Numbered from the stretch's first letter, positions 16,902-27,340 are shown. The stretch is DNA of 64,000 bases from Betaproteobacteria bacterium RIFCSPLOWO2_12_FULL_68_20 (GCA_001770655.1 MERQ01000001.1:32739-96738), one strand, 5' to 3'. Program-made: numbers and translations. The notes: generated by a model not told the origin, from the sequence alone.

Positions 16902-17827
16902 CGCGCGGATCGCATCCACTCGCAGGTGCGGCGAAGCCCCTCGGCAAGCGTGGTCTCCGCTTTCCACGCGAGGTGTTGCCGCGCGAGCGAGCAATCCAGC
17001 ACGTTCGCCGGGACATCGAAGCCGCGCGCGGGCGAGTACTCGAGCGCGAGCGGGCGGCCGACCACCGCCTCGATTTCCTTGACCAGCCGGTTGACGCTGA
17101 CGCCCGCGCCGCATCCGATGTTGAACACCTTTCGCTCCCCGCTGTAGGCGAGCGCTTTGAGCAGCGCCTTGACGACGTCGCCGACATAGACGTAGTCCCG
17201 CACCACCGAGCCGTCGCCCCAGATCCGGATCGCCTCGCCGCGCAGGGCGCGCTCGAGAAACACCGCCACCGCTCCCTGCGCCACATCGGTCCTCTGCCGC
17301 TCGCCGTACGCATTGGCCACGCGCAGCACGCAGTAGTCGAGCCCGTGAAGCAAGTGGCTCAGGTGGAGGTATTTCTCGACCATCAGCTTGTGAATGCCGT
17401 ACGCGCAGGTCGGTTGCGTAGGGTGCGTCTCGTCGATGGGGAGGGTCGCGGGCGCGCCGTACACCGTTCCGCCGGAGGATATGAAGACGAGTTTCGCCAC
17501 CCGGTGCTGCCGGCACAGCTGCAACAGGCGCAGCGTGCCGAGCACGTTGGTCTCCGCGTCGTAGAGCGGATTGTCGTTCGAGGTCTTGGGCAGCGTGGTG
17601 GACACGAGGTGAAACACCGCCTCAGCGCCGGTCAGCGCGCGCGCCAGGTCCTCCGGGTTGAGGAAATCTCCCGAGAGGACTTCGCAGCCCCGGTGACCCA
17701 GAACCAGCGGCAGCGTGTCGAGATGCGGCCGGTCGAAGACCCTGACGCGGTGTCCTGCCCGAGCAAGGGCTTCGGCAAGGTGCGAGCCCATGAAGCCTGC
17801 ACCCCCCAGGATGAGACATGACGCCAT
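16898..17827 (-). CDS. NAD-dependent sugar-nucleotide epimerase/dehydratase (extended SDR)
   Basis: MASCLILGGAGFMGSHL (GxxGxxG); catalytic YxxxK in CAYGIHK. AGGGAGG lies upstream of the ATG. Confidence 0.85.
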   Translation of the reverse strand: MASCLILGGAGFMGSHLAEALARAGHRVRVFDRPHLDTLPLVLGHRGCEVLSGDFLNPEDLARALTGAEAVFHLVSTTLPKTSNDNPLYDAETNVLGTLRLLQLCRQHRVAKLVFISSGGTVYGAPATLPIDETHPTQPTCAYGIHKLMVEKYLHLSHLLHGLDYCVLRVANAYGERQRTDVAQGAVAVFLERALRGEAIRIWGDGSVVRDYVYVGDVVKALLKALAYSGERKVFNIGCGAGVSVNRLVKEIEAVVGRPLALEYSPARGFDVPANVLDCSLARQHLAWKAETTLAEGLRRTCEWMRSAR

Positions 17828-17850
17828 GCGCCTCCCTTCTGTCGGGAAGC

Positions 17851-19083
17851 TTACTCGAACCGCAGCGCCTCCACCGGATTGAGCCGCGCCGCCTTCCTCG
17901 CAGGGTAGAAGCCGAAAAAAACGCCGATCGCGAACGCGAACGCCACCGCGAGCGCCACCGCCTCGGGCGCAATCAGGATGCGCCAGCCGGCGAATCCGGC
18001 GATCGCGTAGGAGGCGCCGAGGCCGATCGTCACGCCGGCGATCCCGCCGATCAGGGACAGCGTCACCGCCTCGACCAGGAACTGGCCGAGGATGTCGCGG
18101 GTGCGCGCGCCCACCGCCATGCGCAGGCCGATCTCGCGCGTGCGCTCGGTCACCGACACCAGCATGATGTTCATGATGCCGATGCCGCCCACCACCAGCG
18201 ACACCGAGGCGACCGCGGCGAGCAGCAGCGTGAGGACGCGGCTCGAGGCTTCCTGCGCGGCCATCACCTCGGCGAGGTTGCGCAGCGAGAAATCGTCGTC
18301 GGCGCCGGGCTGCAGGCGGTGGCGCTGGCGCAGCAGCGACCTGACCTGCTCCTCCGCCGCCCTGGTGTCGTAGCCTTCGGCGACCTTCACCCAGATGGTG
18401 CCCACCGAGCGCTGCTTGGCGGCGCTCGCGGTGCCGAGCACGCGGCTGCGCGCGGTGGCGAGCGGCATCAGGATCAGGTCGTCCTGGTCGTGGCCCAGCA
18501 TGCTCTGGCCCTTGGCCTCGAGCACGCCGATCACGGTGAACGGCACGCGCTTGATGCGGATCACCTGGTCGAGCGGATCTGCCGAGCCGAACAGCTGCTT
18601 CGCCACCGTCTGCCCGAGGATGGCGACCTTGCCCGCGCCCGCCGTCTCGGCCGGCTCGAACACGCGTCCCGAGGCGAGCAGCCACTGCCGCGCGTCGAGG
18701 TACTCGGGCGTGACGCCGAAGATCTGCGTGGACCAGTTGGTGTTGCCCCACACCACCTGCGCGCCGCCGCGCAGCGCCGGCGCCGCGAGCGCCTCGGGGA
18801 TGTCGCGGTTGATCGCCGCGGCGTCGTCCTCGGAGAGCGTGAAGCCGGAGCCGAATCCCAGGCGCACGCCGCCCGAAGTCGTCGCCCCGGACATGACCAG
18901 AAGCAGGTTCGAGCCGAGCGCGCGGATCTGCTCCTCGACGCGCGCCTGCGCGCCCGAGCCGACCGCGATCATGACGATCACCGCGCCCACGCCGATGATG
19001 ATGCCGAGCATGGTGAGCGCGCTCCGGAGCTTGTTGACCGCGAGCGCGCGCAGCGCCAGCCTGAGGAGCGCCCCGAGGCTCAT
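17851..19083 (-). CDS. ABC transporter permease, MacB/FtsX type
   Basis: 410 aa: an N-terminal TM helix, a large periplasmic domain and 3 C-terminal TM helices. Begins MSLGALLRLALRALAVNKLRSALTMLGIIIGV. Confidence 0.85.
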   Translation of the reverse strand: MSLGALLRLALRALAVNKLRSALTMLGIIIGVGAVIVMIAVGSGAQARVEEQIRALGSNLLLVMSGATTSGGVRLGFGSGFTLSEDDAAAINRDIPEALAAPALRGGAQVVWGNTNWSTQIFGVTPEYLDARQWLLASGRVFEPAETAGAGKVAILGQTVAKQLFGSADPLDQVIRIKRVPFTVIGVLEAKGQSMLGHDQDDLILMPLATARSRVLGTASAAKQRSVGTIWVKVAEGYDTRAAEEQVRSLLRQRHRLQPGADDDFSLRNLAEVMAAQEASSRVLTLLLAAVASVSLVVGGIGIMNIMLVSVTERTREIGLRMAVGARTRDILGQFLVEAVTLSLIGGIAGVTIGLGASYAIAGFAGWRILIAPEAVALAVAFAFAIGVFFGFYPARKAARLNPVEALRFE

Positions 19084-19814
19084 GCCGCGAGCGCCTCGGC
19101 GCCGAGCAGGCGCCTCGCGTCGGCGGCGGCGTTGGCCTCGTCGCCGACCACGCGCCCGTCGAGGAATCGCAGCACGCGGCCCGCGAAGCGCGCGACGTCC
19201 GCCTCGTGCGTGACCAGCAAGATCGTCATGCCCTGGCGGTTGAGCTCCTGGAACAGGCCCATCAGCTCGAGGCTGGTCCTCGAGTCGAGCGCGCCGGTCG
19301 GCTCGTCGGCGAGGATGAGCAGCGGCCGCGTCACCAGCGCCCGCGCGATCGCCACGCGCTGCTGCTGCCCGCCGGAGAGCTGCGCCGGCTGGTGATACGC
19401 GCGCTCGCGCAGGCCCACGCGCGCGAGGATCTCGAGCGCGCGGTCGCGCCGCTCGCGCGTTGCCACCCCGGCGTACACCAGCGGCAGCTCGACGTTCTCG
19501 AGCGCCGTGGTGCGCGCGAGCAGGTTGAAGTGCTGGAACACGAAGCCGATGCTCCGGTTGCGCACCGCGGCGAGCTCGTCGCCGCCGAGGTCCGAGACGC
19601 GCTTTCCCGCGAGCGCGTATTCGCCAGCGCTCGGGCGGTCGAGGCAGCCGAGCAGGTTCATGAACGTCGACTTTCCCGAGCCCGAGGGGCCCATCACGGC
19701 GACGAATTCGCCGCGCGCGATGTCCACGCTCACCCCAGCGAGCGCGCGCACCTCGCCGTCGCCCATCGGATAGAGCTTGACCAGGTCCCGCGTATGGATC
19801 AGCGTCTCGGCCAT
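19080..19814 (-). CDS. ABC transporter ATP-binding protein (MacB/LolD-type)
   Basis: Walker A GPSGSGKST, signature LSGGQQQR, Walker B LILADEPT. ATGA coupling to the permease. Confidence 0.9.
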   Translation of the reverse strand: MAETLIHTRDLVKLYPMGDGEVRALAGVSVDIARGEFVAVMGPSGSGKSTFMNLLGCLDRPSAGEYALAGKRVSDLGGDELAAVRNRSIGFVFQHFNLLARTTALENVELPLVYAGVATRERRDRALEILARVGLRERAYHQPAQLSGGQQQRVAIARALVTRPLLILADEPTGALDSRTSLELMGLFQELNRQGMTILLVTHEADVARFAGRVLRFLDGRVVGDEANAAADARRLLGAEALAA

Positions 19815-21370
19815 CAGAACAGGCGAAAGCGCGGCAATCCGCCGCTCGCCGACCCGGGCGCGCCGCGGCTTTCGCCGAGGCCGACGACGACTTCGGCGCC
19901 TTCGGCGAGTGCGTTGCCGAGGATCTCGGTGCTCGTCCCGTCGGTGAGCCCGAGCCTCAGGTCCAGCGCCTTCGGCTGGCCGGCCTCGAGCACCCACACC
20001 CGGCCCGCGCCCGCCTGGCCGCGCGCGCCGAGCTCGCCGAGCAGCCGCTCGTACACGATTTTCTGCTCCGGGGCGAGGATCTCGGCGATGCGCGCGTTGG
20101 TTTCGCCGCGGATCCGCTCGACCTGCTTGCGCCGCTCGCCTTCGGCCTTCACGTCGCGCACGCGCGCGAACTTCTGCCGCGACTCGGCGAAGATCTCGTC
20201 CAGCTTCGCCTTCTGTCCCTCGTCGGGCTTGAGCTCGGCGACGAGCCGCTGGCGGAACTGCTGCGCCGCCTGGCCGCCCGCCTGCTGCGCGGGCGCCTCG
20301 GGTGCGGGCTTCGCCTCCTGCGCGTCCGGCGGACGGAAGCGCAGCGCCGCGTTCGGCACTTTGAGCGCGCCCGCGCGGCTATCGACCACGATGCGCACGT
20401 TGGCGGTCATCCCGGGCAGCAGCGCCAGGTCGGGATTTGCGGCCGAGATCACCACCGTGTAGCTCACCACGTTCTGCACCGTCTGCGGCGACTTGCGGAT
20501 CTGCCTGATCTCGCCCGAGAAGCCGCGCCGCGGGAAGGCGTCGACGTTGAACGTGACGGGAAGCTCGACGCGCAGCCTGCCGACGTCGGCCTCGTCGATC
20601 GCGGCCTCGACCTGCATGTCGCGCAGGTCGCGCGCGATGGTGAACAGCACCGGCGCCTGCAGGCTGGCGGCGACCGTCTGGCCGGCGTCCACGTTCCTCA
20701 GGATCACGGTGCCGTCGACCGGGGCGCGGATGATGGTGCGCTCGAGGTCCACCTGCGCCTGCTTGAGGAGCGACTCGCGCTGCTTGACCGCGGCGAGCGC
20801 GCTCCCGATCTGCGCCTCGCTGACCTGCATCTGGGCCTGCACCGCCTTCAGCTGCTCGCGCGTCGTGTCGAGCACGGTGCGCGCCTTGTCGAGCTCGGCG
20901 GGCGAGATGAAGTTCTTCTCGACCAGCGCCTTCTTGCGCGCGAGGTCGCGCTCGGCGTCGGCGAGCGTGATCTTCACCCGGCCGAGCTCGGCCTGCTGGG
21001 CCGCGAGGCCCGAGCGGGCCACCATCACCGCGCTCGCCGCCGCGTCGAGGTCGGCGCGCGTCTGGTTGACCCGCAGCTCGAAGGTCGCCGGGTCGATGCG
21101 CGCGATCACCTGGCCCTGCTTGACCGGGGTGTTGAAGTCGGCGTTGATCTCCTTGATCTGGCCGGAGATCTGCGAGCCGACCTGCACCGTGGTGACCGCG
21201 TTCAGCGTCCCGCTCGCCACCACCACGGCGTTGATCGCGCCGCGCTCGACCTTGGCGAGGCGGTACCTGACCTCGGCCCCGCCGTTGCGCGACTGCACCC
21301 AAACCCACCCCGCGGCCGCAGCGGCCAGCACGAGGAACGCGAGCAGGATCTTGCCTGTGGCGGGTTTCAT
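19814..21370 (-). CDS. periplasmic adaptor subunit (HlyD/MacA family) with a ~110-aa internal insertion
   Basis: N-terminal TM helix, coiled-coil hairpin, barrel segments, and C-terminal RVWVLEAGQPKALDLRLGLTDGTSTEI. ATG at 21370; the track start at 21382 is TTG. Confidence 0.85.
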   Translation of the reverse strand: MKPATGKILLAFLVLAAAAAGWVWVQSRNGGAEVRYRLAKVERGAINAVVVASGTLNAVTTVQVGSQISGQIKEINADFNTPVKQGQVIARIDPATFELRVNQTRADLDAAASAVMVARSGLAAQQAELGRVKITLADAERDLARKKALVEKNFISPAELDKARTVLDTTREQLKAVQAQMQVSEAQIGSALAAVKQRESLLKQAQVDLERTIIRAPVDGTVILRNVDAGQTVAASLQAPVLFTIARDLRDMQVEAAIDEADVGRLRVELPVTFNVDAFPRRGFSGEIRQIRKSPQTVQNVVSYTVVISAANPDLALLPGMTANVRIVVDSRAGALKVPNAALRFRPPDAQEAKPAPEAPAQQAGGQAAQQFRQRLVAELKPDEGQKAKLDEIFAESRQKFARVRDVKAEGERRKQVERIRGETNARIAEILAPEQKIVYERLLGELGARGQAGAGRVWVLEAGQPKALDLRLGLTDGTSTEILGNALAEGAEVVVGLGESRGAPGSASGGLPRFRLF

Positions 21371-21412
21371 CTCGGGATTCAACGCCCGGGGGGCCGGACG
21401 GTCGACACGCGA

Positions 21413-23116
21413 TTATCGCGCGATCCCGGGATTTCCTTCGACGCCGACGACGCGCGGCAGGTTCAGCCTGGCCGGGGCGAGCGTTTTCCGGTCACGCAGG
21501 TAGCGCGCGAGCACGTCCCAGACCGGCTCGCCGCTCGCGCCTTCGGCCACCGGTGCCCAGCCGGCCACCTTGTATCGCCTGGCCGGTCGAATCGGCAGCC
21601 CGTCGACGCGCAAGTCGAAGATGCGCGCGCCGATGTTCGCCAGCGGGTCGATGGCATAGGTCATGCCGCCGACGCGCACCATGTCGCCGCCCTGCTGGAA
21701 ATAGGGATCCGGGTTGAACAGGTTGTCGGCAACGTCCTCGAGGATGGCTTTGATCTGCGCGCCGGTCAGCTCGTTGAGCGTGGAGTAGGCGTAGGTGATC
21801 GCGGTCTGGTCCATCACGTGCTCGAGCGTGATCGCCTCGCCCGGCAGCAGCGTCGTGCCCCAGCGGAAGCCGGGCGAAAACGCGATCTCGGCGCCCTTCG
21901 CCTCGATCAGCGCATCCAGGATCAGCTGGTCGAAGCTGCCGGTGAAGTTGCCGCGCCGGTACAGCAGCCCCTCGGTGACCGCGAGCTTCTCCTCGAGCTT
22001 GGCGCGGTACGGCGCGCGCACCTTTTCGATGTACGCGGCCATCTGCGCGTCCGCGGGGAGCAGCCCGGCGAATACCGGCAGCAGGCGGTAGCGGTAGTCC
22101 GCGACGCGATTGCCCTTCACCTCGAGATCGAGCACCCCGAGGAACTTGCCGTTGGACCCTGCATTCGTGACCAGGGTCTTTGCGCCGCCGTTCGACACCA
22201 CGATCGGCGCCGGGACCCCGTCGTGCGTGTGGCCGCCGAGGATCGCGTCGATGCCGCGCACGCGCGAGGCGAGCTTGAGGTCCACGTCCATGCCGTTGTG
22301 CGAGAGCAGCACCACCGCGCGCGCGCCCCTGGCGCGGGTTTCATCCACCAGCTTTTGCAGCCGCGGCTCCTGGATGCCGAAGGTCCAGTCGGGCACGAAG
22401 TAGCGCGGATGGGCGATCGGCGTGTAGGGAAACGCCTGGCCGATGATCGCCACCGGCACCCCGTTCACCATGCGCAGCGCGTACGGCTTGAACACCGGGT
22501 CCTCGAAGTCCGCGGTCTTCACGTTCTGCGCCAGGAGCTCGACCGGCGCGAGCTCCTTCTCGGCCTGCTTCACTCGCTCGGCGCCGAAGGTGAATTCCCA
22601 GTGCGCGGTCATGAGGTCCACGCCGAGCAGCTTCTGCGCGCCGATCATGTCGGCGCCCTTGGTCCAGAGCGACGTCGCCGAGCCCTGCCAGGTGTCGCCC
22701 CCGTCGAGCAGCAGCGCGTGCGGGCGCGAGGCGCGCAGGCGCTTCACCAGCGTCGCGAGATGCGCGAAGCCCCCGACCTTGCCGAAACGCCGCGCCGCCG
22801 CTTCGAAATCGAGGTAGGTGAAGGCGTGCGCGGCGGCGCCGCCCGGCGCGATCCCGAAGCGCTTGAGCAGCGCCTCGCCGACCAGGTGCGGCGGCCGACC
22901 TGCGGCCTCGCCGATCCCGAGGTTGACGCTCGGCTCGCGAAAATGGACCGGCAGGAGCTGGGCGTGCGTGTCGGTGAAGTGCAGCAGCGAGACGTCGCCG
23001 AAGGGCGGCGCATCGTAGAGCTCGGAAGCGGCCTGCGCCTCGCTCGCGCGCGGCCTGAGCGTCGCGCCGGCCGCCGCGGCGAGCGCGAGAAGCCGGAGGA
23101 ATTCGCGCCTGCGCAA
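21413..23116 (-). CDS. soxB: thiosulfohydrolase SoxB
   Basis: Tat signal RRREFLRLLALAAAAGA. Metallophosphoesterase/5'-nucleotidase motifs HFTDTHAQ, GGDTWQGS, GGHTHD. 567 aa, with a TTG start directly after the soxX stop. Confidence 0.9.
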   Translation of the reverse strand: MRRREFLRLLALAAAAGATLRPRASEAQAASELYDAPPFGDVSLLHFTDTHAQLLPVHFREPSVNLGIGEAAGRPPHLVGEALLKRFGIAPGGAAAHAFTYLDFEAAARRFGKVGGFAHLATLVKRLRASRPHALLLDGGDTWQGSATSLWTKGADMIGAQKLLGVDLMTAHWEFTFGAERVKQAEKELAPVELLAQNVKTADFEDPVFKPYALRMVNGVPVAIIGQAFPYTPIAHPRYFVPDWTFGIQEPRLQKLVDETRARGARAVVLLSHNGMDVDLKLASRVRGIDAILGGHTHDGVPAPIVVSNGGAKTLVTNAGSNGKFLGVLDLEVKGNRVADYRYRLLPVFAGLLPADAQMAAYIEKVRAPYRAKLEEKLAVTEGLLYRRGNFTGSFDQLILDALIEAKGAEIAFSPGFRWGTTLLPGEAITLEHVMDQTAITYAYSTLNELTGAQIKAILEDVADNLFNPDPYFQQGGDMVRVGGMTYAIDPLANIGARIFDLRVDGLPIRPARRYKVAGWAPVAEGASGEPVWDVLARYLRDRKTLAPARLNLPRVVGVEGNPGIAR

Positions 23117-23710
23117 CTACTGGTTGACCGGCGAGGCCGGATCGAGCAGAAGGGCGACCAGGTCCTTGATCTGTTGCTCGGTCAGAGTGCCCGCGTGGCC
23201 CAGGCGCGGCATCTGCGAGCACAGGTTGTAGGCCTTCGCGTTGTAGATCTTGCCGTAGACGTACTTCTGCGTGTCCGCGCCGTTGCCGCGCGTCTTGCCG
23301 AATCGCAGCAGGCTGGGACCGATCGTGCCGTGCGACAGCTCCTTCGGCGAAAGCTGGTGGCAGTTGTAGCAGCTGCCGCCGGCCGCCGCGCCGGGCTTGT
23401 CGCTCCACATCGAGCCGCGGCCGCTCTGCGCGATTTTCTCGCCGTTTTTCCAGTCGCCCATCAGGCTGCCGCTCGGGAAGGCGATGGTCTTCATCTGGTC
23501 GGCTTCGAGCTGCTTGGCGAGCGCCGCGGGCGGCTGGTCGCGGGTCTCGGTGCACACGCGCTGTACCCCGTCCTGGGCCAGCCGCTCCATCGTCGCCTGG
23601 CCGCGCGGATGGAAGTCGCGCTGCAGGACCTGCTGCACGTCGCGCGCAGTCGGCTCGGCATATGCGGCGGTCGCAGCAAACGCCGCCAGAACGATCAGGT
23701 TTCGCTTCAT
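23117..23710 (-). CDS. soxX: c-type cytochrome SoxX
   Basis: 197 aa. Signal peptide MKRNLIVLAAFAATAAYA and a single heme motif CYNCH. ATGA overlap with the soxA stop. Confidence 0.85.
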   Translation of the reverse strand: MKRNLIVLAAFAATAAYAEPTARDVQQVLQRDFHPRGQATMERLAQDGVQRVCTETRDQPPAALAKQLEADQMKTIAFPSGSLMGDWKNGEKIAQSGRGSMWSDKPGAAAGGSCYNCHQLSPKELSHGTIGPSLLRFGKTRGNGADTQKYVYGKIYNAKAYNLCSQMPRLGHAGTLTEQQIKDLVALLLDPASPVNQ

Positions 23711-24501
23711 CGCTTGGTCCCCGGACCGCGGTAGGCCTCGCCTTTCGCTGTCACCGTCAGGTACGTGATCAGCGCCACTGTCGTCTCCGAGCCGAAATTC
23801 GGCTCCGGCGTGCGCATCTGCCGGTAGCAGTCGTTGATACGCCACTGCATGGTCACGAAAGTGCTGTTCGAGACGCGATACGCCGGCCAGGTCGCCATCA
23901 GGGGACGCGCCGCCTTCGGCTCGCTCAGCACCGGAAGCTCGGACATGCGGATGCGCTTGCCCGCCTCGCCGTGGCACGAGGCGCAGGAAAAATCCCACGC
24001 TCCGGTGCGGTAGAAGAACATCGTCTTGCCGAGCTCGTAGGCTTCCTTTTCCTTGGGATGCGCCGCGCCGGGGGCCAGCTTCGTGCCACGCGACTGCCCG
24101 GCGACGTAGGCCGACAGGTATTCCATCTCCGAGGGCTGGTTGGCGTCGCCGAACAGGCGCTTGGTGGCCTCCTCGCGCGTGCGGCCCTGCAATGTCGTCA
24201 TGCAGTGGAGCAGCCGCGTCTCGAGGTCCATCACCCGGTCGACGTCCTTGAAGTAGCGCGGCAGGGCGGCATACGCGCCCTTGAGCACTCCCGGCCCCTT
24301 GCCGAGGTCGCACTTCTCGAGCGACGCCTGCCTGGGGCCCTGCTTCTTCTTCCACAGCTCTTCGCCGGACAGCTCGAACAGCTCCACCGGGCTGCCCTCG
24401 GCGACCATTTTCTGGTACTTCTCGAATTGCGACTGCTGCGCCGCCGCCGGAGCCGCCGCGAGCGCCAGCGCCGTCGCCGCACCGTACACGAGCGCGCGCA
24501 T
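23707..24501 (-). CDS. soxA: cytochrome SoxA (single CxxCH)
   Basis: 264 aa. Signal peptide, heme motif CASCH, and C-terminal WRINDCYRQMR. Strong GGAGGAGG upstream of the ATG. Confidence 0.85.
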   Translation of the reverse strand: MRALVYGAATALALAAAPAAAQQSQFEKYQKMVAEGSPVELFELSGEELWKKKQGPRQASLEKCDLGKGPGVLKGAYAALPRYFKDVDRVMDLETRLLHCMTTLQGRTREEATKRLFGDANQPSEMEYLSAYVAGQSRGTKLAPGAAHPKEKEAYELGKTMFFYRTGAWDFSCASCHGEAGKRIRMSELPVLSEPKAARPLMATWPAYRVSNSTFVTMQWRINDCYRQMRTPEPNFGSETTVALITYLTVTAKGEAYRGPGTKR

Positions 24502-24527
24502 GTCTCCTCCTCCCTGATGCGCGGCGG

Positions 24528-24827
24528 TCAGGCGACCGCCGCTTCGGTCTTGTTCGACTCGCCCTTGTTGTCGAGCCAGCTCACCTCGATCTTGTCGCCC
24601 TTGGCGCCGCCCTTCAGGCGGAACGAGAACACCGGGTTGCGCGACACCGCCTGGCTGATCTGGCCCTCGACCACCGTCTTGCCGTTCACCTTCACCGTGA
24701 CGTTCTGGATGAAGTACGGAGCGCCCTTGGTCTGCTGCTCGGTCTCCATCGGGTGGGTCATCAGCACGCGTACGTCGGTGACGCCCCCCATGAGCGTCGC
24801 GCGCATCTTCATCGGTCCTGCCGCCAT
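24528..24827 (-). CDS. soxZ: sulfur compound chelating protein SoxZ
   Basis: 99 aa; MRATLMGGVTDVRVLMTHPMETE ... FIQNVTVKVNGKTV. Confidence 0.85.
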   Translation of the reverse strand: MAAGPMKMRATLMGGVTDVRVLMTHPMETEQQTKGAPYFIQNVTVKVNGKTVVEGQISQAVSRNPVFSFRLKGGAKGDKIEVSWLDNKGESNKTEAAVA

Positions 24828-24839
24828 GTCGTCCTCCTC

Positions 24840-25292
24840 CTATCCGCCGCAGCCACCGATGGTGACCTTGATTTCCCTGGTCGCGACGTAGTGCTTTCCG
24901 CCGGCGCTCGCGACCACGCGCACCTCGGAGGTTTCCGCCATCTTCACGTTCAGCTTCACGAACGGCAGCGCGCCCTCCATGAAATCGAACTTGCCGGCGA
25001 GCGGGTACGGGTTTTTCTCGATCAGCACCGCGATCGAGGTGGTGCCGGGAACGGTGCTCGCGATCTCGATCGGCACCACCGCGCCGTTCTCGGCGATCTG
25101 CGGCGCCTCGATCACGATGTCCTTGCTCGGCTCCGCGCCGGAGGCGCCCAGGCTCTTCAGCGCGTCGTCCGCCTTCTTGGCCGCGAACGCGTCCTTGCTC
25201 CACGCCGCGAGGGCGCGGATGGGCGCGAGCAGCCCGAGCGCGAGCGCCGCCGCCCCGGCCCTCACGAGCAGCAGCCTGCGTACGACATTCAT
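24840..25292 (-). CDS. soxY: sulfur carrier protein SoxY
   Basis: 150 aa with a Tat-like signal. Ends in the invariant VTIGGCGG carrier motif. Confidence 0.9.
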   Translation of the reverse strand: MNVVRRLLLVRAGAAALALGLLAPIRALAAWSKDAFAAKKADDALKSLGASGAEPSKDIVIEAPQIAENGAVVPIEIASTVPGTTSIAVLIEKNPYPLAGKFDFMEGALPFVKLNVKMAETSEVRVVASAGGKHYVATREIKVTIGGCGG

Positions 25293-25364
25293 GGTCTTCG
25301 CCTCCTTCTCCCGCCAGATTCGACAATGCTAATGTTAGCGCAGCGCGGCAAAAATCAAATCTCC

Positions 25365-25859
25365 TTATCGCTTCATGCGGCGGAACACGCCGGACTTGCC
25401 GCCGCGCTTCTCCTCCAGGCGCAACTCCGTGATCGTCATGCCGCGATCGACCGCCTTCAGCATGTCGTAAATGGTGAGCAGCCCGATCGCCGCGGCGGCG
25501 AGCGCCTCCATCTCGACCCCGGTCCGGCCGCGGCATTCGACCCTCGCGACCGCCTTCACCGACGAGCGGCGCGCGTCGAGCTCGAACTCGACCGAGGCGC
25601 GCGTGATCGCGATCGGGTGGGCGAGGGGGATGAGCTCGGCAGTGCGCTTCGCGGCCTGGATCGCCGCCACGCGCGCCACCGCGAGCACGTCGCCCTTTTT
25701 CGCGCGCCCGGAAGCGATGAGGCGAAACGTCTGCGCCCGCATCACGATCCGGCCCGACGCCACGGCGACGCGGTGCGTGCGCGCCTTCGCGCCGACGTCC
25801 ACCATGCGGGCGGCGCCGCGCGCGTCCAGGTGGGTCAGCTTCCGGGAGGAACTCGCCAT
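25365..25859 (-). CDS. moaC: cyclic pyranopterin monophosphate synthase MoaC
   Basis: Last 164 codons of track ORF 25365..26741. [18 protein letters not shown] ... IPLAHPI ... [20 protein letters not shown]. Confidence 0.9.
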   Translation of the reverse strand: MASSSRKLTHLDARGAARMVDVGAKARTHRVAVASGRIVMRAQTFRLIASGRAKKGDVLAVARVAAIQAAKRTAELIPLAHPIAITRASVEFELDARRSSVKAVARVECRGRTGVEMEALAAAAIGLLTIYDMLKAVDRGMTITELRLEEKRGGKSGVFRRMKR

Positions 25860-25880
25860 GCCGGGCGTTATCATAAACGC

Positions 25881-27329
25881 ATGCGCTGGATGGCATATTT
25901 GGGCGCTCTTCTGGCGGCCGCCGCGTCGAATGTCTCGGGGCAGCAGCTGCCGGACCTGGGCGGAGCGAGCGACGCGGCTCTTCCCTACCAGCTCGAACGG
26001 CGCATCGGCGAGAGCATCATGCGGGAGGTCCGCGCCCGCGAGGCGTCCTACCTGGACGATCCGGAGATCGCCGCTTATCTCGGCGACCTGGGGGCGCGGC
26101 TGGCGCAGGCAACCCCCGGCGCGCGCCAGGACTTCGAGTTCTTCGCGGTGCGCGACCCGGCCGTGAACGCGTTCGCGCTGCCCGGCGGCTTCGTCGGCGT
26201 GCACTCCGGCCTGGTGACTACTGCGGAAACCGAATCGGAGCTCGCTTCGGTGCTCGCGCACGAGATCGCGCACGTCTCGCAGCGCCACATCGCGCGCATG
26301 ATCGCCCAGGAGAAGCAGATGCAGCTGCCGTCGATGATCGCGCTCGCGGCCGCCATCCTGCTCGGAGCCTCGCGCCCGGACCTCGCGGTGGGCGCCGCCG
26401 CCGCCGCCCAGGGAGTGCCGATACAGCAGCAACTCGGCTACTCGCGCGACTTCGAGCGCGAAGCCGACCGCGTCGGCCTGCAGGCGCTCTCGGGCGCCGG
26501 GTTCGACGCGCGCGCGATGTCGGTGTTCTTCGAGAAGCTGCAGCGCGCGACGCGCGTCAGCGACGACGGCAGCGTGCCCGGCTACCTGCGCACCCACCCG
26601 CTGACCACCGAGCGCATCGCCGACATGCAGAACCGCGCGGCGAGCCTGCCTTACCGCCAGCGCCTCGACAGCCTGGAATTCCACCTGGTGCGCGCCAAGC
26701 TGCGCGCCGAATCGCGCGATGCGCGCGACGCGGTGGCTCAATTCGAGTCCGCGGTGCGCGACCAGCGCTACGCGAGCGAAGCGGCGGCGCGCTACGGGCT
26801 GGTGACCGCGCTCGTCCGCGCGCGTCGCGCGCGCGAAGCCGAGGCCGAGCTATCCAAGCTGCGCGCGACGCGCGCGGCGAGCCCGATGCTCGAGACGCTC
26901 GCCGCGCGCGTGCGCCAGGCGCTCGGCGACAGCCAGGGCGCGCTCGCGATCCTCGCCGAGGCGAAGGCCCGTTATTCATACTGGCGGCCGCTCGCGTACG
27001 CGCAGGTCTCGGCGCTGCTCGACGCCGGGCGCAACGGCGAGGCGCTCGCGGCGCTCCAGGAGCCCCTGCGGCTCGATCCGCGCGATGCGCGGCTCTACGC
27101 GCTGCAGGCGAAGACCTACGCGGTGCTGGGGAAGCGCCTGCTGCAGCACCAGGCGCAGGCCGAGGCGTACGCGCTGCAGGGCAGCCTTCCCGCCGCGATC
27201 GAGCAGCTGCAGCTCGCCCAGTCCGCGGGCGACGGAGACTTCTACCAGCTCTCCGTGGTCGAGGCGCGCCTGAAGGACCTGCGCGGCCGCCACGCGCAGG
27301 AACTGCGCGACGAGCGGGGCCGGCGCTAG
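25881..27329 (+). CDS. bepA: periplasmic M48 metalloprotease with C-terminal TPR region (BepA/YfgC-like)
   Basis: Signal peptide [16 protein letters not shown], zinc motif HEIAHV, and a TPR-like helical C-terminal half. 482 aa. Confidence 0.7.
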   Translation: MRWMAYLGALLAAAASNVSGQQLPDLGGASDAALPYQLERRIGESIMREVRAREASYLDDPEIAAYLGDLGARLAQATPGARQDFEFFAVRDPAVNAFALPGGFVGVHSGLVTTAETESELASVLAHEIAHVSQRHIARMIAQEKQMQLPSMIALAAAILLGASRPDLAVGAAAAAQGVPIQQQLGYSRDFEREADRVGLQALSGAGFDARAMSVFFEKLQRATRVSDDGSVPGYLRTHPLTTERIADMQNRAASLPYRQRLDSLEFHLVRAKLRAESRDARDAVAQFESAVRDQRYASEAAARYGLVTALVRARRAREAEAELSKLRATRAASPMLETLAARVRQALGDSQGALAILAEAKARYSYWRPLAYAQVSALLDAGRNGEALAALQEPLRLDPRDARLYALQAKTYAVLGKRLLQHQAQAEAYALQGSLPAAIEQLQLAQSAGDGDFYQLSVVEARLKDLRGRHAQELRDERGRR

Positions 27330-27340
27330 CACGACTGTGC

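Noticed and set aside
25300-25345. GCTAA-N2-TTAGC palindrome upstream of soxY as a SoxR-type operator
   Set aside because: The arms are only 5 bp, there is a single occurrence, and no regulator gene is adjacent in the window. Support is insufficient.
23707-25896. N-terminal extensions of track ORFs, e.g. SoxA as 729 aa, MoaC as 458 aa, BepA-like as 858 aa, SoxX as 412 aa
   Set aside because: The family-like sequence starts at internal ATG codons preceded by Shine-Dalgarno motifs and signal peptides. The upstream parts run antisense or through neighbouring genes.
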